Assembly: GCA_042088665.1 (NCBI GenBank)
Contig: JBELMB010000004.1
Location: forward strand, 5,054-69,053
DNA from: Sagittula sp.
Lineage (GTDB): Bacteria > Pseudomonadota > Alphaproteobacteria > Rhodobacterales > Rhodobacteraceae
Length of the DNA: 64,000 bases
Direction of reading: 5' to 3'
Shown here in pieces: positions 28,956 through 37,683 of this stretch. Every line of letters starts with the position of its first letter. Position 1 is the stretch's first letter. Made by a program: the position numbers and the translations under genes. The notes under the pieces were generated by a model. That model saw only the letters and a program-made list of their open reading frames with translations, was not told the origin of the DNA and did no database searches.

Positions 28956-29722
28956 AGCGGTTGTCCCTCTGCATGGCGCGTCAGGACGGCTTCGAGCCAG
29001 ATCCGCGACTTGCGTTCGACCTGCGCGATTCGGGCATCTGCATTGGCCGGACCGGGCTGGTAGAGGGTCTTGGCGATCCACGGATACAGCGGATCAGAGA
29101 TGCAGCCATGGCCAAAGGCCAGCATCAGCGACATCATCACCCAGTCCGACCAGCGCGCCTGCGCGCCCAACCGTCCGGTCACGCCACGCGCGCGCAGCGT
29201 CAACCGGCCAAAGCTCAGCCGGCCCATATGTGCCAGCTTCTCCGGAAAGATCTGCTGAAAGGTCGCATGCATGGCGTCGAACTCGGTCGGATGCGCGCCC
29301 ACTTCTGGCGGTGCCTTGAAATCCACAAGGGCCTGCAACGCCTTCATGACGTTCTCGCCTTCGGGTCCGGCGACGGTCTTGGTGTACTCCAGCGACAGCT
29401 TGTGCAGGTCTTCGGCACGGGCCATTTCCTTGCCGCCGCTGCGCAGCGGCGGCGCGTAGAGTCGGTATTGCGGGTCGGTGTCGAAATAGCTGCCGCGCAA
29501 CAGCGACAGTTCAATGAACAACCGGATGGGACCGCGCAGGGTGAAACCATAAAACCTTGCACGTTCAATGCTGTTTTGCACAAAGGCATTCACGCCTTCG
29601 TTGCCCAATGTCTTGCACAGGGCCGGGGAAAATTCCCAGCAGTGGTGTCGCATCTCGGCTTCGAAATGGGCCGCGACAACCTGGTCGAATTCTGCAATTT
29701 GTTCGCGTTTGATTGTGATCAT
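28952..29722 (-). CDS. hypothetical protein (256 aa), first gene of the operon divergent from vgrG
   Basis: Long ORF with good coding look. Translationally coupled to the DUF4329 gene. No recognisable family and no signal peptide. Confidence 0.7.
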   Translation of the reverse strand: MITIKREQIAEFDQVVAAHFEAEMRHHCWEFSPALCKTLGNEGVNAFVQNSIERARFYGFTLRGPIRLFIELSLLRGSYFDTDPQYRLYAPPLRSGGKEMARAEDLHKLSLEYTKTVAGPEGENVMKALQALVDFKAPPEVGAHPTEFDAMHATFQQIFPEKLAHMGRLSFGRLTLRARGVTGRLGAQARWSDWVMMSLMLAFGHGCISDPLYPWIAKTLYQPGPANADARIAQVERKSRIWLEAVLTRHAEGQPL

Positions 29723-29914
29723 GGGCGGATGTCTACCACAAGGAGGCGGGCGCCGAGAGTATTGAAATTATGACTTTAAAAGAAGGCCACAGTCCTCATA
29801 TGGTAGCCCACAGCGAATGTTTTTTCAAATAGGCATTGCACGGGCAACGGGTTTTTGACGTTGCTCGGGGGCATGTCTGGGGTACACTCACTTTAGATCA
29901 CGTCAGGTTCACCG
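29723..29914. promoter_or_regulatory. divergent promoter region between the unknown operon and vgrG
   Basis: 192-bp comparatively AT-rich spacer between two divergently oriented start codons. No specific promoter motif could be assigned. Confidence 0.4.
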
Positions 29915-32251
29915 ATGCCTTTTAAACAAGATCTCCGAATGGGGCAGTTGAAGACCACGCTTGGTCCGGACGCCCTGGTGCTGCAACGCTTCGAAGGCGT
30001 GGACCGGATGAACGGTCTGTTCGACTACCATGTTGCGTGCCTTTCTGCCGATCCAAATGTCGATTTCGACGCCCTGCTGGGCACCCATGCCACCGTCAAA
30101 CTGATTGGTCAGGACGGGGCGGACAACTTCTTTGACGGGCTGGTCACAGAGGCGCGCTGGATCGGCGATGGCGATGGCGGCAGCCGCTATGAACTGGTGC
30201 TCCAGCCCTGGTTCTGGCTCACGACACTAAAGCGCAACCAGAGGATTTTCCACGAAAAAACGGTGATCGAGATCCTGCAGGAACTGCTGCAGCCCTATGG
30301 CTCTGCCGGCAGCGTGGTCGTGCAGTGCAACGAGACCTATCCGACGCTGGAATACACCGTTCAGTACCGGGAAACGGATTTCAACTTTGCCTGCCGGATG
30401 ATGGAACGGCACGGGATCAGCTATCACTTCAAACAGTCGGACGGCGCCCATGACATGGTGCTGACCGACAGCGCCGAAGTGCACACAGCCCACGGTGATT
30501 TCCCGGTAAAGCCCTATGTCGGCCACCATCAGGAAGACAAGGAACACCTCTGGGAATGGCGGCCCGAGCGGCGCATGGTCACGGGCGCGATCCGCATGAC
30601 GGATTACAACTTCAAGACGCCGACCGTCGCGATGGAGAAGGACCAGCAAGGCACGGCCTCTTATGAACACGGCCAGATCGAGAGCTTTGACTGGCCGGGC
30701 GACTACCTCGATCCGGGGCGCGGCGCCCAGTTGGCGCAGCTGCGGCTGAAGCGCGAACAGGGTCAGGACAAGCGCTACGAATCGCTTGGCGACATCACCG
30801 GTCTGCGCGCGGGCCTGAAGATCACCATCGCAGGCGACAGCGAGAATGTGCCCGGCAAGGGAGAGGACTTCCTCTGCCTCGTGGCGCACCACAGCTATAC
30901 CTCCGACAACTACCGCTCCGGCGGGACGGCTGGCGACGGGTTTGCCTATACGGGGCGCTACGTCTTCATGCCCGCGACCGCGCCCATGGCGCCGGACCTC
31001 AAGACCCGGCATGCGGATGTGCGCGGGCCGATGACCGCCGTGGTGGTGGGGGCCGAAGGCGAAGAGATCGACTGCGACGAACATGGCCGCATCCTTGTGA
31101 TGTTCCCCTGGGACATCAATCAGTCGGTGTCGATGCGCTGCCGCGTGGCCCAGAACTGGGCTGGCGGCGGCTGGGGCGGCATGATCGTGCCCCGCATCGG
31201 CATGGAGGTGCTGGTCGAGTTCCTCAACGGCGACCCGGATTTCCCGCTGGTCACCGGCTGTGTCTACAATGGGCGCAACATGGCGGCCTATCCGCTGCCG
31301 CAGCACAAGACCAAATCGGTCTTTCGTACCGACACGCACAAGGGCAACGGCTTCAACGAAGTGGTCTTTGAGGATGAACTGGGCGAAGAGCACATCGCCT
31401 TCAAGGCGCAAAAGGACATGTCGCGGCTGGTGCTGAACGATTCGATCAGCCGGGTGAAACGGCATGACATCGAATCGGTCGGGGCCAACAAGATGGTCGA
31501 GGTCGGCAACAACTTCAAAGTGGACGCAGGCGGCTCGGTGAACTTTACCGTTGGCGGCACCGGCCCGCAGGCAAAACAGCTGCTGAGCGGTCTGTCCGGG
31601 CTCGCCGGCAAGACCAAGACGCTGATCAGCCAGGGCCTGTCCAAGGGCGGTGGCAGTTCCGGCGGCGGGGCCGGGAAATGGTCGAGCTCTGTCGGCCAGT
31701 CAAAGCTGGGCTTTATCGGCGGCGAGGGCAGCTCTGGCCGCAGCGGGATGCGCGACGCGGATGAGACCGGGTCGGACGGCAACCACAAGCTGCGCGAAGA
31801 CGGCACCAAGCTCGGCCAGAGCGGCTACAGCCTGTTCGAGACCCCCGGCACGATGAACACCATGGCGTCGAACTTTCGGTCTGACACCACCGGCGTGGCC
31901 TCCGCGGAACAGGTCGGCGTCACCAAGGTGTTGAACGTCGGCGGCGCGCTGATGGAACAGGTCGGCAAGGAGATGCACACAACCGTCGGCCAGAAGCAGA
32001 CAAACACCGTCGGCCAGTCGATCCTGAACCAGACGATGAAGCACACGCTGATCGCGACGCAGAAATTCACCATCGCAGCGCCCGGCGGCTCGATCGAGAT
32101 CGACATGAGCGGCATGACGATCAAGGCCTTCCAGCTGAAGATCCTGTGCCCCTCGGTGGACTTCAACCCGGGCGCGCCGAGTCAGGCGGCGGTCCTCATG
32201 GCGCAGCAAGCCTTTGCAGAACAATGCCAAGGCACGGCGGGGAACAACTGA
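29915..32251 (+). CDS. vgrG: T6SS spike protein VgrG
   Basis: 778 aa. Contains a gp27-like N-terminal region, a gp5 OB-fold/beta-helix region (VAQNWAGGGWGGMIVPRIGMEVLVEFLNGDPDFPLVTGCVYN), and a C-terminal repeat region. Confidence 0.95.
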   Translation: MPFKQDLRMGQLKTTLGPDALVLQRFEGVDRMNGLFDYHVACLSADPNVDFDALLGTHATVKLIGQDGADNFFDGLVTEARWIGDGDGGSRYELVLQPWFWLTTLKRNQRIFHEKTVIEILQELLQPYGSAGSVVVQCNETYPTLEYTVQYRETDFNFACRMMERHGISYHFKQSDGAHDMVLTDSAEVHTAHGDFPVKPYVGHHQEDKEHLWEWRPERRMVTGAIRMTDYNFKTPTVAMEKDQQGTASYEHGQIESFDWPGDYLDPGRGAQLAQLRLKREQGQDKRYESLGDITGLRAGLKITIAGDSENVPGKGEDFLCLVAHHSYTSDNYRSGGTAGDGFAYTGRYVFMPATAPMAPDLKTRHADVRGPMTAVVVGAEGEEIDCDEHGRILVMFPWDINQSVSMRCRVAQNWAGGGWGGMIVPRIGMEVLVEFLNGDPDFPLVTGCVYNGRNMAAYPLPQHKTKSVFRTDTHKGNGFNEVVFEDELGEEHIAFKAQKDMSRLVLNDSISRVKRHDIESVGANKMVEVGNNFKVDAGGSVNFTVGGTGPQAKQLLSGLSGLAGKTKTLISQGLSKGGGSSGGGAGKWSSSVGQSKLGFIGGEGSSGRSGMRDADETGSDGNHKLREDGTKLGQSGYSLFETPGTMNTMASNFRSDTTGVASAEQVGVTKVLNVGGALMEQVGKEMHTTVGQKQTNTVGQSILNQTMKHTLIATQKFTIAAPGGSIEIDMSGMTIKAFQLKILCPSVDFNPGAPSQAAVLMAQQAFAEQCQGTAGNN

Positions 32252-32847
32252 TGACGGACGTTGTGGTGCATATGTCCGATCCGGCAGAAAGCCCGGACGA
32301 GGCGCTGGCAACCGCGCTTCTGAAAGCGCGGCGCGAAGGCCAGCAGGTCTATTTGCTGGTGGATGCCAGCCGCTCTCCGGCGATCCAGTTCGTGATCGAG
32401 ACGCTGACCGACGAGGGGCTGTGCCTCTTTGATGGACAGGCCTTCGAGGATCTGTCGGGCTTTGCGCCGTGGCTGGTGCCCCTGTCGCTTGAGAACGACG
32501 GCGTGTTTTCGTGGTTCATGGACAACGGCTGGGGCAAGGACTGGGGCCTGTTCCTGATTGCCGGAACGGATGCGCGGCGGGTGAAAACCTCGCTGAAGCG
32601 CGCTCTGCGGGTGCAGACCGAAGACAATCAGGAATTGTTCTTCAAATTCTACCGACCCGGTGTCTTCAACACCTACCTGCCCGCGCTTGAACCGCAGCAA
32701 TCGGTCTATGTGATGCGCGACCTCGTGCAGGTCTGGGCCGAAGATGCCGACAACCCGGCGCTTGTGCACCGTTTCGCCGTGCGCGAGGGAACGCTGCGCC
32801 GGGCCGATCTGATGCTGAACGTGGTCGATGAGGTCGCGGAGGCCTGA
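32251..32847 (+). CDS. DUF4123-family T6SS adaptor/chaperone
   Basis: 198 aa. The ATG shares one base with the vgrG TGA stop (TGATG). Motifs VYLLVDASR, LFDG...FAPWLVPL and FFKFYRPGVF fit the DUF4123 pattern. Confidence 0.82.
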   Translation: MTDVVVHMSDPAESPDEALATALLKARREGQQVYLLVDASRSPAIQFVIETLTDEGLCLFDGQAFEDLSGFAPWLVPLSLENDGVFSWFMDNGWGKDWGLFLIAGTDARRVKTSLKRALRVQTEDNQELFFKFYRPGVFNTYLPALEPQQSVYVMRDLVQVWAEDADNPALVHRFAVREGTLRRADLMLNVVDEVAEA

Positions 32848-32894
32848 GCGCCGCACCGCAGCTTTCGACACCACAGAACATACAGGAGAGAAAC

Positions 32895-33239
32895 GTGGGA
32901 CAACCGGTCTGCTGCATGGGTGACATGCACATCTGCAACATCACAATCCCGCCCACCCCGGTCTCTCCGGCGGTCAAACACCTTGGGGGACCCGTGGTCC
33001 AGCCGGGGCAGGCGATTGTCCGGATAATGGGGCGCCCGGTGGCCGTGGTCTCCGGCATGACCATCTGCATGAACCTGATCACCCCGCCCGGCGCGCCGCC
33101 GGTGCCGACCCCCGACCCGATGGTCAAGGGCTCCATGATGGTGCGCATCACGAGCCTGCCGGTGATGCGGATCTCCGACATGTGCTCTCACGGTGGCACC
33201 ATGTCGACAGGCAACCCGATGGTGAAGATCGCCATGTGA
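32895..33239 (+). CDS. PAAR-domain spike-tip protein (no toxin extension)
   Basis: 114 aa. GTG start with an AGGAGAG RBS. Three PAAR-like repeats (GDMHIC, PVAVVSGMTIC, PVMRISDMCSHGG). Confidence 0.85.
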   Translation: MGQPVCCMGDMHICNITIPPTPVSPAVKHLGGPVVQPGQAIVRIMGRPVAVVSGMTICMNLITPPGAPPVPTPDPMVKGSMMVRITSLPVMRISDMCSHGGTMSTGNPMVKIAM

Positions 33240-33316
33240 TCCCCCGCGTCCCGGACCTGCACGGCAGGGCAGGGCGCGCCTCGGTTGACAGCCAGCGACA
33301 GAACCGCTTTACGTAA

Positions 33317-33346
33317 CGCCGCCCGCCGATCCGGGCGGCGATTTTC
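33317..33346 (+). terminator. rho-independent terminator ending the vgrG-DUF4123-PAAR operon
   Basis: CGCCGCCCG-CCGATC-CGGGCGGCG (9-bp stem) followed by ATTTTC. Confidence 0.7.
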
Positions 33347-33357
33347 ATCAAAGAGGT

Positions 33358-33879
33358 TTGTCCATGTCGCTGCGTTCCTTCGCTTTTGCTGCTTTCGGGC
33401 TGTTCGCCGCAGCACCCGCCCTGGCCCAGGATGCCGTGGCCAATGGCGCCCGCTTTGGTGCATGGACGGTCTCTTGCGAAGCCTTGGGCAAGGATCGCAC
33501 CGCCTGCGTCCTCGTCCAGCGCCTGAACCGCGACAGCGACGGGGCGTTCATCGCGCAGATGCTCGCCTTCTGGTCGGCAGACGGGACCAAGGCCTATGTC
33601 GGCGCCCGCGTCCCGACGGGCGCTTACCTGCCCACGGGTTTCGCCATTCAGGCCCCCGGCGCAGAGCAAAGCGTGCCCTTCATCTGGCAGTCCTGCAATG
33701 GCACCATCTGCGAAGCCCTGCGCGAGATCGATGTCGAAGCGATGGGGGCCTTTGACACCACCGAGGGCGCAGTTCTGGGCCGTTTTCGGCCACGTCTGGG
33801 GATGGAGCCGCTGGTGTTCAGCTTCTCCATGCAGGGCGTGACCGACGGATTGGTGGCACTGTTTCCCGACAGCGAGTAA
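33358..33879 (+). CDS. invasion-associated locus B (IalB)-family secreted protein
   Basis: Signal peptide (FAAFGLFAAAPALAQ). FGAWTVSCE...CVLVQRL and ...SCNGTICEA patterns are typical of IalB-like proteins. Confidence 0.8.
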   Translation: MSMSLRSFAFAAFGLFAAAPALAQDAVANGARFGAWTVSCEALGKDRTACVLVQRLNRDSDGAFIAQMLAFWSADGTKAYVGARVPTGAYLPTGFAIQAPGAEQSVPFIWQSCNGTICEALREIDVEAMGAFDTTEGAVLGRFRPRLGMEPLVFSFSMQGVTDGLVALFPDSE

Positions 33880-34043
33880 CGGCCCCGCCTTTGGCGGTCC
33901 ACCGGCGACCCGCAGGTATGTCTGAACTGGTGTGACCCCTGTAAGGCGCTGAAATACAGCGACATCCGTTAGGCTCTGTCTTCCGGGCATTCAGGATTGG
34001 CGACATGCGCGCGTATCGGCCTTCTCCCTCCGGGCAGGCTGGC

Positions 34044-34304
34044 TCACGGCCCGATCTCGAACAGCTTGTCGCGCCCGGTTTCCCCGCGCAACAGGCGCAG
34101 CCGTGACTTGGGCACCCCCAACGCCTTGGCGAGGATCTTGATCACGGCGCGGTTCGCCTTGCCCTTCTCTGGTGCCGCGGTGACGGTGATCCGCAACCCA
34201 TCCGGACCACGGCTGAGTCCATCCCGCCGCGCCGAGGGCGTGACCCGACACCACAGCCGCGCACCGGCATGCGCAAGGTCGGACAGATCGGGCAAGTCCT
34301 GCAT
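34044..34304 (-). CDS. DUF167 (YggU) family protein
   Basis: 86 aa from the internal ATG. Motifs RLWCRVTPSARRDGL...GLRITVTAAPEKGKAN and LLRGETGRDKLFEI. Confidence 0.75.
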   Translation of the reverse strand: MQDLPDLSDLAHAGARLWCRVTPSARRDGLSRGPDGLRITVTAAPEKGKANRAVIKILAKALGVPKSRLRLLRGETGRDKLFEIGP

Positions 34305-34485
34305 CCCCTCAGCTTTCCCTGTTGAAACCGGGCCGGTCAACGCCTTCATTAAGAGCGCGTCCCCGTGAACCGGTTTGCACCGGCGCCGGGCGGCGCGTAC
34401 CCCTTCGCCAAGGGACCCCGTCGCCGCGTGACCCGCCACCGCGTGTTCCGCCGCCGGGCGTCCCGCCCCAAGAAGGCCCTGCAAG

Positions 34486-35094
34486 ATGGAGAGGCGCATG
34501 CCCACCCCCAACCCTGACGCCATGGCGTTTCTGCTGACCCGCCGCTCGCGCCCTGCCAAGACGCTCACCGGCCCCGGTCCCGACCGGAGCGCGCTGGAAC
34601 GGATCCTGACCGCCGCCGCGCGCTCTCCCGATCATGGCAAGCTGGAACCATGGCGCTTTGTCGTCCTGACGGGGGAGGCGCTGGACCGCATGGCCGACGA
34701 AGTGGCCAAGGCCGGTGCCCGTCTGGGCAAATCCGAGGCGGACATCGTCAAGGCGCAGGATGCCTATCGCAAGGCGCCGATCTGCGTGGCCGTGATCGAA
34801 GTGCAGAAACCCTCCGAAAAGATCCCCGCGATCGAGATGACCTATTCCGCCGGAGCCGTCTGCCTCGCGCTTTTGAACGCGGCGCTGGCCGAGGGTTGGG
34901 GCGCCAACTGGTTGTCCGGCTGGGCGAGTCATGACCGGGGGTTCGTCGAGGCCGCACTGGGCCTCGCACCTCGGGATGGGGCCCTGCCCTACGAACGGGT
35001 GGCCGGACTGATCCACATTGGAACCGAAACCGCACCACCGCCGGAACGGCCCCGCCCCGACCTTGCCCAGATCACCACCTGGGTGACGGCATGA
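34486..35094 (+). CDS. nitroreductase family protein
   Basis: Motifs LLTRRSRPAK...ILTAAARSPDHGKLEPWRF. Confidence 0.85.
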   Translation: MERRMPTPNPDAMAFLLTRRSRPAKTLTGPGPDRSALERILTAAARSPDHGKLEPWRFVVLTGEALDRMADEVAKAGARLGKSEADIVKAQDAYRKAPICVAVIEVQKPSEKIPAIEMTYSAGAVCLALLNAALAEGWGANWLSGWASHDRGFVEAALGLAPRDGALPYERVAGLIHIGTETAPPPERPRPDLAQITTWVTA

Positions 35095-35798
35095 TCTTCG
35101 AGGCGTTCTTCAAGGCCCTCGGCCAGATGGGCGATCCCCGGTTCCGCGGCGTTCTGCTGCGGGCCATCGGGATCACGCTCCTCGTGCTTTTCGGGTTCAG
35201 CGCACTCATGGTCTGGGGCGCGGGCTGGCTGGTCGGCGACAGCCTGACCCTCCCCTGGGTGGGAGAGATCACCTGGGTCGACAATGTCCTCAGCTGGGCC
35301 ATGGTGCCGGTGACAATGGTGCTGTCGATGGTGCTGATGGTGCCGGTCGCCTCTGCCGTGACGGGCCTCTTTCTCGAAGAAGTCGCGCAGGCGGTGGAGG
35401 ACCGGCACTACCCGCATCTCGGCCCGGCCAGCCCCGTCAGCTTCGCCGAAGGCCTGCAGGATTCGATCGGCTTTCTGGGTACGATGGCGCTGGCCAATCT
35501 CGTGGCGCTGGTGCTCTACGTGCTCTTCGTGCCGCTGGCACCGTTCATCTTCTGGGGCCTGAACGGCTTTCTTCTGGGACGAGAGTACTTTGTGCTGGCG
35601 GCCATGCGCCGCGTCGGTCGGACCGCCGCGAAACAGCTTTTCCGCCGTCATGTGGCGACGATCTGGGCCGGGGGTGTGCTGATGGCGATGCCGCTGTCCG
35701 TGCCGCTGGTGAACCTGCTGGTGCCGGTGCTGGGGGCTGCCACCTTCACGCATATCTTCCACCGGCTCACGCGCGCAGACGCCACGGCTCGGGCCTGA
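35091..35798 (+). CDS. EI24/CysZ-like membrane protein
   Basis: 235 aa, multi-pass membrane protein. ATGA overlap with the nitroreductase gene. N-terminus FFKALGQMGDPRFRGVLL. Confidence 0.7.
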   Translation: MIFEAFFKALGQMGDPRFRGVLLRAIGITLLVLFGFSALMVWGAGWLVGDSLTLPWVGEITWVDNVLSWAMVPVTMVLSMVLMVPVASAVTGLFLEEVAQAVEDRHYPHLGPASPVSFAEGLQDSIGFLGTMALANLVALVLYVLFVPLAPFIFWGLNGFLLGREYFVLAAMRRVGRTAAKQLFRRHVATIWAGGVLMAMPLSVPLVNLLVPVLGAATFTHIFHRLTRADATARA

Positions 35799-35927
35799 GC
35801 GCTTGCGGCCCACCACCCCAGGCCCACCACCCCAGGCCGACCATCCCGGGCGCGCCATCCGGGCGGGTGACACGAACAGCCCCGCCCGGCGCAACGGCGT
35901 GTAGGCCGGGGTTGACCCCGGCCCGCC

Positions 35928-36215
35928 TCACTCTGCCGACAGCGGTTCCATCCGGTTGTACATCCAGCTGTCAATATCGCGCACCGTGATCACTTCGAAG
36001 ATGATGATCGACGCGATGACCACCCACAGCACCGCCGCGATGGCCGTCGTCAACCAGGCCTTGCGCCTGAGGTTGTGCACTTCGGGGCTGCCCGCATGGG
36101 TCCCCGGCACCACGTCGCCCAGATCCCCCTGTGTCTTCAGCCGGATCGGGATCACGATCAGAAAGGTCATGAACCAGATCACCGCATATAACACCAGCGC
36201 AGAGGTCACACCCAT
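35928..36215 (-). CDS. DUF1467 family membrane protein
   Basis: 95 aa with two TM segments. Shares one base with the mce stop. Confidence 0.7.
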   Translation of the reverse strand: MGVTSALVLYAVIWFMTFLIVIPIRLKTQGDLGDVVPGTHAGSPEVHNLRRKAWLTTAIAAVLWVVIASIIIFEVITVRDIDSWMYNRMEPLSAE

Positions 36216-36619
36216 CAGACCTGCTCCAGCTCGATCAGGCAGCCGTTGAAGTCCTTGGGATGCAGGAACAGAACCGGCTTGCCATGGGCGCCGATCTTCG
36301 GATCTCCCGTGCCCAGAACCCGCGCGCCGGTGCCCTTCAGATGATCGCGCGCCGCAATGATATCGTCGACCTCGTAGCAGATATGGTGGATCCCGCCCGC
36401 GGGGTTCTTTTCCAGAAAGCCATTGATCGGGCTGTTTTCACCCAGCGGATACAGCAGCTCGATCTTGGTGTTCGGCAGCTCGATAAAGATCACGGTCACA
36501 CCGTGGTCGGGTTCGTCCTGCGGGGCGCCGACCGTGGCTCCCAGCGCGCCACGGTATTGCGCGGCCGCGGCCTCCAGATCCGGCACGGCGATGGCGACGT
36601 GGTTCAGGCGTCCGATCAT
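36215..36619 (-). CDS. mce: methylmalonyl-CoA epimerase
   Basis: 134 aa from MIGRLNHVAIAVPDLEAA... VOC/glyoxalase fold with GGIHHICYEV. Confidence 0.85.
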   Translation of the reverse strand: MIGRLNHVAIAVPDLEAAAAQYRGALGATVGAPQDEPDHGVTVIFIELPNTKIELLYPLGENSPINGFLEKNPAGGIHHICYEVDDIIAARDHLKGTGARVLGTGDPKIGAHGKPVLFLHPKDFNGCLIELEQV

Positions 36620-36822
36620 GTCATCTCTCCTTCGTGGTTCGCCGTGGATATGCCCTCGCGCCCGCGCAGCGGCAAGTGGTCCAGACCGCGCAGCGACAAG
36701 AGGCGCAGCACGCCCGCGCCGTTGCACCCGGGCCGCGCGTTAAAAGCCTTTGCCGACCTTAACCGCTTGTTCACCAGCTTCCGCCCATCATGCCCGTGAC
36801 TCGTGACCCGGAGGGATGAGAC

Positions 36823-37539
36823 ATGGAAAAAAAAGACTACCTCGCCGCACACCTGCGACCCACGGCATCCCGACCGCTGCTCGGATTGACGGTGCTCGTG
36901 GTCGAGGACAGCCGCTTTTCATGTGATGCCATGCGCCTGTTGTGCCTGCGATCGGGGGCGCGCATCCGGCGGGCCGACTGCCTGAAATCCGCCCGGCGCC
37001 ACCTGCAGGTTTACCGCCCCAGCGTGGTGATCGTGGACCTTGGCCTGCCCGATGGCTCCGGCGCGGAACTGATTTCGGAACTGTCCGTCGCCTGTCCGCG
37101 CGTCGACGTGGTGATCGGCACCTCCGGCGACAGCTTTGCCGAAGAGGTCGCGCTGGCCGCTGGCGCAGACGGCTTCCTGTCGAAGCCGGTCAGCTCGGTG
37201 ATCACGTTCCAGAACACCGTCCTCTCCGCGCTTCCGCCAGAACGACAGCCCACGGGTCCGCGTCTGGTCAGCGACGATCCGATCCTGCCCGATCCGCTGG
37301 CCTATCGCGACGACATGGCGCATGCCGCCGACGTGCTCGACGACCGGGAGAATGAGCGCTCCATGAGCTATGTCACCCAGTTCCTCGCAGGCGTGGCGCG
37401 CAGCGCCGGGGATGGCCCCCTGCAAAAGGCCGCAGAGGATCTGGCCGAAGCGCGCCGCATGGGCCTGCCCACGCAATCCAACCTCGCGCGCGTCGCGGCC
37501 ATGGTGCACGACAGGCTGACGGACCGCGTCGCGATCTAG
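36823..37539 (+). CDS. response regulator (receiver domain plus uncharacterised C-terminal region)
   Basis: LVVEDS...VVIVDLGLPDGSG...GADGFLSKP receiver signature. No recognisable DNA-binding output domain. Confidence 0.8.
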   Translation: MEKKDYLAAHLRPTASRPLLGLTVLVVEDSRFSCDAMRLLCLRSGARIRRADCLKSARRHLQVYRPSVVIVDLGLPDGSGAELISELSVACPRVDVVIGTSGDSFAEEVALAAGADGFLSKPVSSVITFQNTVLSALPPERQPTGPRLVSDDPILPDPLAYRDDMAHAADVLDDRENERSMSYVTQFLAGVARSAGDGPLQKAAEDLAEARRMGLPTQSNLARVAAMVHDRLTDRVAI

Positions 37540-37683
37540 CAACCCCCGGCAGTCCCGGATGACATGCGCAGCTATGCCACATGCCGCAGTGCGGTCCACG
37601 CTCTGGCCCGGAGCAGCCCTTGCCCGGGCAGGACACGGGGTGAGACCCCCCAAGGTCAGGCGTTTGCCCGATCACAAACACGG

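Noticed and set aside
33148-33990. 280-aa minus-strand ORF across the PAAR end and the IalB gene
   Set aside because: It is antisense to two well-supported plus-strand genes and its composition is Arg/Gly-rich.
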